Source of the DNA: Geodermatophilaceae bacterium
Lineage (GTDB): Bacteria; Actinomycetota; Actinomycetes; Mycobacteriales; Geodermatophilaceae
Reading direction: 5' to 3'
Length of the DNA: 64,000 nucleotides
NCBI GenBank assembly: GCA_013695685.1
Contig: JACCZY010000046.1
Location: forward strand, 5,464 to 69,463
The notes beneath the pieces are model-generated. The model ran no database searches, was not told where the DNA came from, and saw only the letters and a list, made by a program, of their open reading frames with translations. Of this stretch, positions 30,485 through 39,350 are shown piece by piece. Numbering within the stretch: position 1 is the stretch's first letter; each line of letters begins with the position of its first letter. The translations under genes were made by a program, and so were the position numbers.

Positions 30485-31626
30485 ACCTGGTGCGCCGCGT
30501 CGGGTTGACCCTATTTGCGCCCACCCTCGCGTTGATCGTCGCGTTGGCGATCTCGGCAATCGTGATCCTCGCGATCGGAGAGAGCCCCCTGGTCGCGCTG
30601 CGCGAGCTGTTCAACTTCGGGGATTCCTCGGCCAGCCAGATCCAGGCGGTCACGGTCATCCTCAACCGCGCCATCCCGCTCTTCCTCGCTGGTCTGGCCG
30701 TCTCGATCGGCTTCCGGATGGGCCTGTTCAACATCGGAGTCGAGGGCCAGTACCGGCTTGCCACCATCATGGCCGCCTGGGTCGGCTCGGCGATCGTGCT
30801 GCCGGCCCCGCTGCACCTGCTGTTGATCGTCGTCGTGGCGATGGCCGTCGGAGCGATCTGGGCGGGTATCGCCGGCGTGCTGAAGGTCACCCGCGGCGTC
30901 AGCGAGGTGATCTCCACGATCATGCTGAACTTCATAGCGATCGGGCTGGCGTCGTACCTGCTGACCGGGCCGTTCCGTGGGACGCCGGAGGGTTCCCTCA
31001 CCATCGCGACCGAGGACCTGCCCGAGTCCGGCCGGCTAGCCAGCTTGAACGGCCTGCTCGGCCAGCTCGGCCTGGCGCAGCCGCGAACGGACCTGTCCGG
31101 GTTCCTGATCCCGGCGATCGTCGTCGGCGTGGTCGTTGCCGTCGTGGTCAAGCGGACCCGGTTCGGTTTCGACCTGCGGGCCAGCGGCCTGAATCCGGCC
31201 GCGGCCACCACCAGCGGCGTCAACGCCAAGGGCATGGTGGTCAAGGCCATGCTGATCTCCGGTGGCCTGGCCGGGCTGATCGGGCTGCCGGACCTGCTGG
31301 GCGACACCTATCACTACGGCACCGAGTTCACCAGCGGGCTGGGGTTCCTCGGGATCGCCGTCGCGCTGCTGGGCCGCAACAACCCGCTCGGGATCGCCTT
31401 CGGGGCCCTCTTGTTCGGGTTCCTCGACCGCGCGGCGCTGTCGCTGCAGTTCGCCGGCATCCCGTCGCAGGTCGTGACCATCATCCAGGGGACCATCGTG
31501 CTGGCAGTCGTCATCGCGAACGAGGTGGCTCGGCGGATAGCGATCCGGCAGGCGGAGCGTTCCGGTGCGAACCTGCCCACCGCCGGTCCGCCTGCCGGCG
31601 AGCAACCGGCGACGGTGGCAACGTGA
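30481..31626 (+). CDS. ABC transporter permease (BPD/ribose-type)
   Basis: ATGA overlap with the ATPase gene. Polytopic, with GFRMGLFNIGVEGQ typical of nucleoside/sugar ABC permeases. Confidence 0.85.
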   Translation: MNLVRRVGLTLFAPTLALIVALAISAIVILAIGESPLVALRELFNFGDSSASQIQAVTVILNRAIPLFLAGLAVSIGFRMGLFNIGVEGQYRLATIMAAWVGSAIVLPAPLHLLLIVVVAMAVGAIWAGIAGVLKVTRGVSEVISTIMLNFIAIGLASYLLTGPFRGTPEGSLTIATEDLPESGRLASLNGLLGQLGLAQPRTDLSGFLIPAIVVGVVVAVVVKRTRFGFDLRASGLNPAAATTSGVNAKGMVVKAMLISGGLAGLIGLPDLLGDTYHYGTEFTSGLGFLGIAVALLGRNNPLGIAFGALLFGFLDRAALSLQFAGIPSQVVTIIQGTIVLAVVIANEVARRIAIRQAERSGANLPTAGPPAGEQPATVAT

Positions 31627-32903
31627 GCACCGACATTGCCACGGCCGCACCCGGGCCGACCCCCGCCGCCTCAGCGCCCAAGCGGCGCCGCAGCAACGGT
31701 GTCCGCGTGGCGCTGCTCTTCGGCGGTATCTTCGTGCTGCTGTCCGTCGTCCGGCTGGCCTCCTCCCAGCCGGCGCTGACTTCCTCCAGCACGTTCTCCG
31801 CGATGCTGATCCTCGCGGTGCCGATCGGATTGGCCGGTCTCGGCGGGTTGTACGCCGAGCGCGCCGGCGTGGTCAACATCGGGCTCGAGGGGATGATGAT
31901 CCTCGGTACCTGGGGGGCCGGCTGGGCCGGCTACCAGTGGGGGCCGCTCGCGGCCGTCGTCGCCGGCATGGTCTTCGGTGCCCTGGGCGGCCTGCTGCAC
32001 GCGGTCGCGACCGTGACGTTCGGCGTAGACCACATCGTCAGCGGTGTCGCGATCAACATCCTCGGTGAGGGCATCGCGCGGTTTCTTTCCGAGGTCTTCT
32101 ACTCCGGCGGCGACACCGGCGGCGGCGTCACGCAGTCACCACCGCTCAAGGGTGATCCGCCGAAGGTCAGCCTCCCGCTGCTGTCCTCGGGCCCGGACCT
32201 GCTCGGTGACCTGGAGCGGCAGCGCTGGTTCCTGGTCTCCGATGCCGCGGGCCTGCTGCGCGGGCTGACGAACTCGATCAACATCTACGTCATCTTCGCG
32301 GTGCTGCTGATCCCGTTCTCGTGGTGGCTGCTGTGGCGGACAGCGTTTGGACTGCGGCTGCGCTCGTGCGGGGAGAACCCGTGGGCAGCGGACAGCCTCG
32401 GCGTACCGGTCTATCGGATGAAGTACATCGCGGTGCTGATCTCCGGTGCGATGGCCGGACTCGGTGGCGTGTTCCTGGTGTTCGTGGCGAACATCTACCG
32501 GGAGGGCCAGACGGGCGGGCGCGGCTTCATCGGCCTGGCCGCGATGATCTTCGGAAACTGGCGGCCCGGCGGGCTGGCCGCCGGAGCCGGACTCTTCGGC
32601 TACGCCGACGCCCTGCAGTTGCGCAGCCAGGCAGCGGTCGTCGGTCTACTACTGCTCGTGGCGATCGTGCTGGCCGGGGTGGCCGCCTGGCAGTTGCGCG
32701 GCGGACGGACGATCCGCGCGGCGATCGCCGCGGTCTTCGCCCTGGGTGCGTTCGCGCTCTGGCTGAGCGTCGACCGGTTGCCCAGCGGGTTCGTGTTCTT
32801 CACCCCGCACCTGACGACGTTGCTCGTACTGTCCCTGGCCTCCCAACGACTACGAATGCCCGCCGCCGACGGAGTTCGATATCGGCGCGGAGAGGACAAA
32901 TGA
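31623..32903 (+). CDS. ABC transporter permease (second subunit)
   Basis: GTGA overlap. Polytopic, with ERAGVVNIGLEGMM and ENPWAADSLGV motifs. Confidence 0.85.
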   Translation: MSTDIATAAPGPTPAASAPKRRRSNGVRVALLFGGIFVLLSVVRLASSQPALTSSSTFSAMLILAVPIGLAGLGGLYAERAGVVNIGLEGMMILGTWGAGWAGYQWGPLAAVVAGMVFGALGGLLHAVATVTFGVDHIVSGVAINILGEGIARFLSEVFYSGGDTGGGVTQSPPLKGDPPKVSLPLLSSGPDLLGDLERQRWFLVSDAAGLLRGLTNSINIYVIFAVLLIPFSWWLLWRTAFGLRLRSCGENPWAADSLGVPVYRMKYIAVLISGAMAGLGGVFLVFVANIYREGQTGGRGFIGLAAMIFGNWRPGGLAAGAGLFGYADALQLRSQAAVVGLLLLVAIVLAGVAAWQLRGGRTIRAAIAAVFALGAFALWLSVDRLPSGFVFFTPHLTTLLVLSLASQRLRMPAADGVRYRRGEDK

Positions 32904-33295
32904 CAACCGAGGTCGACTGGACAGCGTTGCGTGCGGCGGCCCGGGAGGCGATGACCCATGCGTACGCGCCGTACTCACGATTCCCGGTCGGGGTGGCGGC
33001 ACTGGTCGACGACGGCCGCACGATCGTCGGCTGCAACGTGGAGAACGCGTCGTACGGGCTGGGTCTGTGTGCGGAGTGCGGGTTGGTGTCGGCGTTGCAT
33101 GCATCCGGTGGCGGTCGTCTCGTGGCGGTGTCCTGTGTGGACAGCAGGGGTATACCGCTGATGCCGTGCGGCCGCTGCCGTCAACTGCTCTGGGAGCACG
33201 GCGGCGCTGCGCTGCTCGTCGAGACGACCGACGGACCTCGGCCGATGGTGGAGATCCTGCCCGATGCCTTCGATGCCGCGGACCTGACCAGATGA
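32900..33295 (+). CDS. cdd: Cytidine deaminase
   Basis: ATGA overlap. Zinc motifs CAECG and PCGRCRQ. YSRFPVGAA-type N-terminus. 131 aa. Confidence 0.95.
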   Translation: MTTEVDWTALRAAAREAMTHAYAPYSRFPVGVAALVDDGRTIVGCNVENASYGLGLCAECGLVSALHASGGGRLVAVSCVDSRGIPLMPCGRCRQLLWEHGGAALLVETTDGPRPMVEILPDAFDAADLTR

Positions 33296-34572
33296 GTGAG
33301 TTCGACGCCGTCGATGTGATCCGCACCAAGCGCGACGGTGCCCGGCTCAGTGACGAGCAAATCGACTGGGTCATCGACGCCTACACCCGGCGGCAGGTGC
33401 CGGACGAGCAGATGGCGGCCCTGCTCATGGCACTCTTCCTGCGGGGCATGCATCCCGGTGAGCTGTCGCGGTGGACAGCGGCCATGATCTCCTCCGGCGT
33501 ACGGATGGATCTGTCCACTGTGGACCGCCCTACAGTGGACAAGCACTCGACCGGTGGTGTCGGTGACAAGATCACGCTGCCGCTGGCGCCCCTGGTGGCT
33601 GCCTGCGGTGCGGCGGTACCCCAGCTGTCGGGTCGTGGCCTCGGCCACACCGGCGGAACGCTGGACAAGCTGGAGTCGATCCCCGGCTGGCGGGCCGGCT
33701 TGTCCAACGCTGAGTTCCTGACCCAACTGCGGGACATCGGAGCCGTCGTATGCGCCGCCGGCGACGACCTGGCGCCCGCCGACAAGCTGCTCTACGCCCT
33801 GCGCGACGTCACCGGCACGGTCGAGTCGATCCCTCTGATAGCCAGCTCGATCATGAGCAAGAAGATCGCCGAGGGCGCCGAGGCGCTGGTGCTCGACGTG
33901 AAGGTGGGCTCCGGTGCCTTCATGAAGGATGTCGAGGCAGCCCGCATCCTGGCCGAGACGATGGTCGGCCTGGGTGACGCACACGGCGTACGTACCGTTG
34001 CTGTGCTCACCGCCATGGACGTTCCGCTCGGCCGTACGGCCGGCAATGCACTGGAGGTCGCCGAGTCGGTCGAGGTGCTGTCCGGCGGCGGGCCCCCTGA
34101 TGTGGTGGAGCTCACCCTGGTCCTCGCCCGGGAGATGCTGGCAGCGGCAGGTCTGTCCACTGTGGACCCTGCCGAGGCGTTGCAGGATGGGCGCGCGATG
34201 GACACGTGGCGAGCGATGATCTCGGCGCAGGGCGGTGACCCGGACGCGGCCTTGCCGACCGCACCGGAGCGGCACGTCGTCACGGCGGTGGAGGCGGGCG
34301 TACTGACTGGTCTTGACGCCTATGCGGTCGGCGTGGCCGCGTGGCGGCTCGGAGCCGGTCGCGCCCGCAAGGAGGATCCGGTGTCCGCCGTTGCCGGTGT
34401 CGTCGTACTGGCCAAGCCCGGCGACCGGGTCGAGGCGGGCGCGCCGCTGCTGGAACTGCACACCGACGACCCGGCGCGGATTCCGCGGGCACTGGCGGCC
34501 CTGGACGGTGCGGTAGAACTTGACGGGCCGAGCCAGACGCTGCCACTGCTCATCGACCGGATCGGAGCCTGA
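33292..34572 (+). CDS. deoA: Thymidine/pyrimidine-nucleoside phosphorylase
   Basis: ATGA overlap. KHSTGGVGDK, SGRGLGHTGGTLDKLE and SIMSKK motifs. Confidence 0.95.
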   Translation: MSEFDAVDVIRTKRDGARLSDEQIDWVIDAYTRRQVPDEQMAALLMALFLRGMHPGELSRWTAAMISSGVRMDLSTVDRPTVDKHSTGGVGDKITLPLAPLVAACGAAVPQLSGRGLGHTGGTLDKLESIPGWRAGLSNAEFLTQLRDIGAVVCAAGDDLAPADKLLYALRDVTGTVESIPLIASSIMSKKIAEGAEALVLDVKVGSGAFMKDVEAARILAETMVGLGDAHGVRTVAVLTAMDVPLGRTAGNALEVAESVEVLSGGGPPDVVELTLVLAREMLAAAGLSTVDPAEALQDGRAMDTWRAMISAQGGDPDAALPTAPERHVVTAVEAGVLTGLDAYAVGVAAWRLGAGRARKEDPVSAVAGVVVLAKPGDRVEAGAPLLELHTDDPARIPRALAALDGAVELDGPSQTLPLLIDRIGA

Positions 34573-34573
34573 C

Positions 34574-34933
34574 ATGCCACAGCTGATCGACGCACCGACA
34601 AGTATCCCGGTGCCGGGCGGCAAGCAGATCGACGAGTACGTCGGCCGCGCCAACACCGGCACCGAGGCGTTGTCCGTCGCCCACATGACCGCCCCGGGCG
34701 GCTGGGAGGAGCCCGCCCAGACCCCGGAGTTCGACGAGATCACGCTGGTGCTGCGCGGCGTGGTCAGGGTCGAGCACGCCGGCGGTCAGCTGGATGTCGG
34801 TGCGGGCCAAGCCGTCATCACCAAGGCGGGGGAGACGGTCCGCTACACCACGCCGGGGGCGGACGGCGCCGAGTACGTAGCGATCTGCGTGCCCGCCTTC
34901 GCCCCCGAACTCGCCCGCCGTGCTGACGCATGA
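34574..34933 (+). CDS. Small cupin-fold protein
   Basis: The ATG lies 1 nt after the deoA stop. 119 aa, with a beta-rich pattern (EITLVLRGVVRVEHAGG...GQAVITKAGETVRY) typical of single-domain cupins. No His metal ligands are obvious. Confidence 0.5.
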   Translation: MPQLIDAPTSIPVPGGKQIDEYVGRANTGTEALSVAHMTAPGGWEEPAQTPEFDEITLVLRGVVRVEHAGGQLDVGAGQAVITKAGETVRYTTPGADGAEYVAICVPAFAPELARRADA

Positions 34934-34935
34934 TT

Positions 34936-34958
34936 CCTGTCTAGACAGACTAGACAGG
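34936..34958. promoter_or_regulatory. Palindromic operator candidate upstream of the toxin-antitoxin pair
   Basis: CCTGTCTAGacagaCTAGACAGG has perfect 9-bp inverted arms and also contains a direct repeat, TAGACAG x2. It ends 8 nt before the antitoxin ATG. Confidence 0.6.
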
Positions 34959-34966
34959 AGTGCCCG

Positions 34967-35209
34967 ATGTCGTGGCAGCTGCAAGAGGCGAAGCAACGCT
35001 TCTCCGAACTCGTGCGTAAGGCCGAGTCCGAAGGTCCGCAGGTCGTCACCCGCAATGGCCGCGAGGTGGTGGTGGTCGTCTCCGCCGAGGAGTTCCATCG
35101 GACCCGCGAGCCGAAGATGAACTTCAAAGAGTTCCTCATGCCGGGTCCGGACTTCGACCTGTTGGATATCGAACGGGCCGAGGACATGCCCCGCGAGATC
35201 GACTGGTGA
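34967..35209 (+). CDS. Type II antitoxin, Phd/YefM family
   Basis: 80 aa. The N-terminus QEAKQRFSELVRKAESEGPQVVTRNGREVVVVVSAEEF is the typical Phd/YefM fold signature. The stop overlaps the toxin start (GTGA). Confidence 0.8.
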   Translation: MSWQLQEAKQRFSELVRKAESEGPQVVTRNGREVVVVVSAEEFHRTREPKMNFKEFLMPGPDFDLLDIERAEDMPREIDW

Positions 35210-35619
35210 GCTTCCTCGTTGACACCAACGTGCTCTCCGAGGCACGCAAGCCCAGGCGGGCGGACCTCGGAGTCACGTCCTGGCTGGCGTCGAGCCCACC
35301 GGAGCAGCTCTACCTATCCGTCCTCGTGATCGGAGAGGTACGCCGCGGGGCCGACGCACTTGCTCGTCGGAATCCCCGTCAAGCGGCCGTCTTCGCCGAC
35401 TGGCTACTGACCGTCCGCCGGGACTATGCCGAGCGCATCCTCCCAGTCACCGAAGCGATCGGTGACCAGTGGGGGAGAATGAACGCGGTCCGGCGGCTGC
35501 CCGCGATCGACGGTCTGATGGCGGCCACAGCCGTCGTACACGGTTTGACTCTGGTGACGCGCAACGAGCGTGCTGTCGACGGCAGCGGCGCGCAGACCTT
35601 CAACCCCTTCTCCGGCTGA
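35206..35619 (+). CDS. vapC: Type II toxin, PIN-domain ribonuclease VapC
   Basis: FLVDTNVLSE (first catalytic Asp), IGEV, AIDGLMAATA and LVTRNE motifs. 137 aa. Confidence 0.85.
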   Translation: MSFLVDTNVLSEARKPRRADLGVTSWLASSPPEQLYLSVLVIGEVRRGADALARRNPRQAAVFADWLLTVRRDYAERILPVTEAIGDQWGRMNAVRRLPAIDGLMAATAVVHGLTLVTRNERAVDGSGAQTFNPFSG

Positions 35620-35702
35620 GACCCGCCTCCACCGAACGGTGGACGGCAGCGTGGCCGGAAGGCGGTCGCGGCGCGGCGGCGTTCGGGAGCATCCTCGTTG
35701 AC

Positions 35703-36554
35703 ATGACCAGAGCTGACAGTGCAATCCGGGTGCGCGGCCTGACCAAACGGTACGGCGACCACCAGGCGGTGGCAGGAGTCGACCTCGACGTCGAAGTCGG
35801 TGAGATCTTCTCGCTGCTCGGTCCGAACGGTGCCGGAAAGACGACATGCGTGGAGATCCTGGAGGGCTACCGGCACCGCGACGGCGGCGAGGTCGAGGTA
35901 CTCGGCGTCGATCCGGCCACGGCCGACGCCCACTGGAAGGCCCGGATCGGGATCGTCTTACAGTCCACGAAGGACTTCGCCGAACTGACGCCGACCGAGG
36001 CCTTGTCGACGTTCGCCGCCTATTACCCGAGCCCGCGCCCGATCGACGAGGTGCTCGAACTCGTCGGCCTGACTGACAAGCGGAAGACCCGAGGCGACCA
36101 GCTGTCCGGCGGGCAGCGCCGGCGACTCGATGTGGGTCTCGGCATCCTCGGCAATCCCGAGCTGCTCTTCCTGGACGAGCCGACCACCGGCTTCGATCCG
36201 GAGGCGCGCCGGCAATTCTGGGGTCTGATCGAGAGTCTCAGCGACCTGGGCACCACGATCCTGCTGACGACGCACTACCTGGACGAGGCCGAACGGCTGG
36301 CCGACCGGGTCGGTGTGATCGCCGACGGCCGGGTCGTCGCGGTGGACGATCCGGCGATGTTGGGCGGCCGGGGCGCGGCAGCGGCGACGGTGTCCTGGCG
36401 TGGCCCGAACGGTCGCGAACGGATCAGTACCGACGCTCCCACCAGGGTCGTCCGCGAACTCGCTGACACCTTCGGTGGCGAGATACCCGAACTCGCGGTG
36501 TCCCGTCCCACCCTCGAGGACGTGTACCTCCAGATGATCGGAGCAGCCACGTGA
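35703..36554 (+). CDS. ABC transporter ATP-binding protein (ABC-2 exporter type)
   Basis: Walker A GPNGAGKTT, signature LSGGQRRRL, Walker B LLFLDEPT. Confidence 0.9.
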   Translation: MTRADSAIRVRGLTKRYGDHQAVAGVDLDVEVGEIFSLLGPNGAGKTTCVEILEGYRHRDGGEVEVLGVDPATADAHWKARIGIVLQSTKDFAELTPTEALSTFAAYYPSPRPIDEVLELVGLTDKRKTRGDQLSGGQRRRLDVGLGILGNPELLFLDEPTTGFDPEARRQFWGLIESLSDLGTTILLTTHYLDEAERLADRVGVIADGRVVAVDDPAMLGGRGAAAATVSWRGPNGRERISTDAPTRVVRELADTFGGEIPELAVSRPTLEDVYLQMIGAAT

Positions 36555-37384
36555 CCGCTACGACCACTCGTCAACGGCCCGCCAAGCTGCCGTCGCTGGC
36601 GACGGTGTCCAAGGCGAGGGTGCGGGCCGAACTGCTCAGCTTCCGGGAGCGGGACGCGGTCGTCTTCGTCCTGCTCTTCCCGGTCATCTTGCTCGTCGTC
36701 TTCGGCGCGGTGTTCGGAGGCAACGCCGAGGTGGCACCCGGAGTGTCGTTCATCCAGTACTTCGTGGCCGGCATGATCGCCGCCGGACTGCTCAGCGCGA
36801 GCTTCCAGAACCTGGCCATCCAGATCCCGATCGAACGGGACGCTGGGTACCTCAAACGCCTCTCCGGTACACCGATGCCCAAGGCCGCCTATTTCGTCGG
36901 CAAGATCGTCCTCGTCGGGTTCATCGCGCTGATCCAGACGGTGATGCTGCTGGCCATCGGCATCCTCCTGTACGACGTGACGTTGCCCACGGGCTTCGAG
37001 CCGTGGCTGAACTTCGCCTGGATCGCCCTGCTCGGGGTCACCTCCTGCACGCTGCTCGGCATCGCCTTCTCCAGCGTGCCGAAGAACGGCAAGAGCGCCC
37101 CGGCCATCGTCTCCCCGATCGCGATCGTGCTGCAGTTCATCTCCGGGGTTTTCTTCGTCTTCAGCCAACTGCCGAACTGGATGCAGACGATCGCGGCGAT
37201 CTTCCCGCTGAAGTGGATGACCCAGGGCATGCGGTCGGTGTTCCTGCCCGACGCCGCGCGGGCCGCTGAGCCGGCCGGCAGCTGGGAGCTGGGCCGGATC
37301 GCGCTGGTTCTCGCGGTGTGGTGCGTGGTTGGCTTGGCGCTGTGCCTGCTGACCTTCCGCTGGCGCACCCGATCGGACGGCTGA
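36551..37384 (+). CDS. ABC-2 type transporter permease
   Basis: GTGA overlap with the ATPase gene. Six hydrophobic helices. 277 aa. Confidence 0.8.
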   Translation: MTATTTRQRPAKLPSLATVSKARVRAELLSFRERDAVVFVLLFPVILLVVFGAVFGGNAEVAPGVSFIQYFVAGMIAAGLLSASFQNLAIQIPIERDAGYLKRLSGTPMPKAAYFVGKIVLVGFIALIQTVMLLAIGILLYDVTLPTGFEPWLNFAWIALLGVTSCTLLGIAFSSVPKNGKSAPAIVSPIAIVLQFISGVFFVFSQLPNWMQTIAAIFPLKWMTQGMRSVFLPDAARAAEPAGSWELGRIALVLAVWCVVGLALCLLTFRWRTRSDG

Positions 37385-37425
37385 GTCCGGTGCCAGCCGG
37401 CGTCGGCGGGGACACAGCCGTCGAC

Positions 37426-38586
37426 ATGGGTGTGCGAGCGGAGCAGAACTTCTGGGAACGCGCGGCCGGCGGTTGGCACGCTGTCTTCGCCGCACTGCTG
37501 GTGATCTCCGTCGGGGTGGCGCTCAGTGAGCAGAACGCCTCGGTGACTGCCCGCGGCGCCGCGGTGGTCGTGCTCGCCGGCTGGGGCGCGTGGTACTTCG
37601 CGACCTGGCGCCGCTGGTGGCGCGATGACAGCGGGTCGTTGGGTCGGCTCTACCTGGCCGGAATGGTCCCGCTGTGCCTGGCCACGCTGACGATCCTGCC
37701 TTCCACGAGCATCATGCTCTTCGCCGCGATACCCCAGATCTACGCGACCATCGAAAGACTGCGATACGCGGCCGGCGTCGTCGTGCTGCTCTTCGCCGGC
37801 TTCGGTTCGGCGTTGTTCCTTCGTGGCGCCGGCTCCGAGGTGTTCATCGGGCTTGGCTTCTCCGCGCTGTTCTCCGCGGTGCTGGGCGCCTGGATCGGCG
37901 GAATCATCCGGCAGAGTCAACAGCGAGCCGACTGGATCACCGAGCTGCGCGCTACCAGGGAGCAGCTGGCCGAGGTCAACCACGAGCACGGTGCACTTGC
38001 TGAACGGGAGCGGCTTTCGCGGGACATCCACGACACCCTGGCCCAGGGGTTCACGAGCATTGTCATGTTGCTCGAAGCTGCCGAGGCCGAGATCGGCGCC
38101 GATGACGGGGCTGCGCGCCGGCATCTCGCGCTGGCCCGCTCTACTGCCCGGGAGAATCTCGCCGAGGCGCGGTCGCTCGTCGCGGCGTTGACTCCGGCCG
38201 GACTGACCGACGGCTCGCTGGTCGACGCCGTAGGCCGGCTGGTGAGCCGTTGCGCTGACGAGCTGCAGGTGCACGCCAGCCTGAGCGTTATCGGCGATCC
38301 ACGGCGGCTACCCGCTGCCGGCGAGGTAGTGCTGCTGCGGGCGGCGCAGGAGAGTCTGGCCAACGTGCGCAAGCATGCCGGTGCCTCGCGGGTCGAGGTG
38401 CAACTGGACTACACCGACGAAGCCACGACGCTGCGCGTGCTCGATGACGGCTGCGGGTTCACCCCAGCCGCCGGGCCGGGCTTCGGGCTGGCCGGGATGC
38501 GCGCCCGCGCCGAGCAGGTCGGCGGCTGCTTGCGGCTCGACAGCGCTCCGGGCGCCGGTACAGCGGTCGAGGTGCGTGTGCCGTGA
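37426..38586 (+). CDS. Sensor histidine kinase (HisKA_3 / NarL-partner type)
   Basis: N-terminal TM helices, H-box [12 protein letters not shown], and HATPase_c motifs ([23 protein letters not shown]). An alternative GTG start lies at 37390. Confidence 0.85.
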   Translation: MGVRAEQNFWERAAGGWHAVFAALLVISVGVALSEQNASVTARGAAVVVLAGWGAWYFATWRRWWRDDSGSLGRLYLAGMVPLCLATLTILPSTSIMLFAAIPQIYATIERLRYAAGVVVLLFAGFGSALFLRGAGSEVFIGLGFSALFSAVLGAWIGGIIRQSQQRADWITELRATREQLAEVNHEHGALAERERLSRDIHDTLAQGFTSIVMLLEAAEAEIGADDGAARRHLALARSTARENLAEARSLVAALTPAGLTDGSLVDAVGRLVSRCADELQVHASLSVIGDPRRLPAAGEVVLLRAAQESLANVRKHAGASRVEVQLDYTDEATTLRVLDDGCGFTPAAGPGFGLAGMRARAEQVGGCLRLDSAPGAGTAVEVRVP

Positions 38587-39221
38587 CGGCGACGCCGAGG
38601 GTTCGGATCCTCGTGGTGGACGACCACCCGGTCGTCCGCACCGGCCTCATCGCGATGCTCGCCGCCGAACCGGACATCGAGGTCGTCGGGGAGGGCGGCT
38701 CCGGCTCGGAGGCGATCCGACTGGCCGGGCAGCTCGCGCCCGACGTCGTCCTCATGGACCTGCGGATGCCCGGGATGGACGGGGTGGCCGCCACCAAGGC
38801 GATCGTGGCGGGCGGCGGGCCGCGAGTCGTGGTCGTGACGACGTACGACACCGACTCAGACATCCTGCGCGCGGTCGAGGCCGGCGCCACCGGCTACCTG
38901 CTCAAGGACACGCCGCGCCAGCAGATGGCCGACGCGGTGCGAGCGGCAGCCCGAGGTGAGACGGTGCTGGCGCCGCCGGTGGCCGCAAGGTTGATGACCC
39001 GCATGCGGGCCGGGCCGGCCGACCTGCTGACCGCGCGGGAGCTGGAAGTCCTCGAGCTGGTCGGTGCGGGGCTCACGAACGCCGAGGTCGGCCGCCGGCT
39101 GTACATCAGCGAGGCGACTGTCAAGACCCACCTGCTGCGGGTGTTCGTCAAGCTCGGGGTGGACGACCGGACCGCTGCTGTCACCACCGCCATGGCCCGT
39201 GGCATCATCCCGGCCCCGTGA
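38583..39221 (+). CDS. NarL/LuxR-family response regulator
   Basis: GTGA overlap. REC domain ([21 protein letters not shown]) plus a LuxR HTH ([35 protein letters not shown]). Confidence 0.9.
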   Translation: MTATPRVRILVVDDHPVVRTGLIAMLAAEPDIEVVGEGGSGSEAIRLAGQLAPDVVLMDLRMPGMDGVAATKAIVAGGGPRVVVVTTYDTDSDILRAVEAGATGYLLKDTPRQQMADAVRAAARGETVLAPPVAARLMTRMRAGPADLLTARELEVLELVGAGLTNAEVGRRLYISEATVKTHLLRVFVKLGVDDRTAAVTTAMARGIIPAP

Positions 39222-39350
39222 CGGGAGCCCACCGGGCGGTGTGCATGTGAAGCTTGCCGAGCAAGGCGACTATTCGACAGATCCACCTTCGCAGACTCAA
39301 GGAGCAGCCATGGCCCGTCCGCATGCCACCCGGCGCGACCGAGTGCGCGT

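Noticed and set aside
37318-37425. Longer start for the histidine kinase, overlapping the ABC-2 permease gene by 67 nt
   Set aside because: The extra residues are not hydrophobic or conserved-looking. ATG 37426 (or GTG 37390) gives a normal N-terminus preceding the first TM helix.
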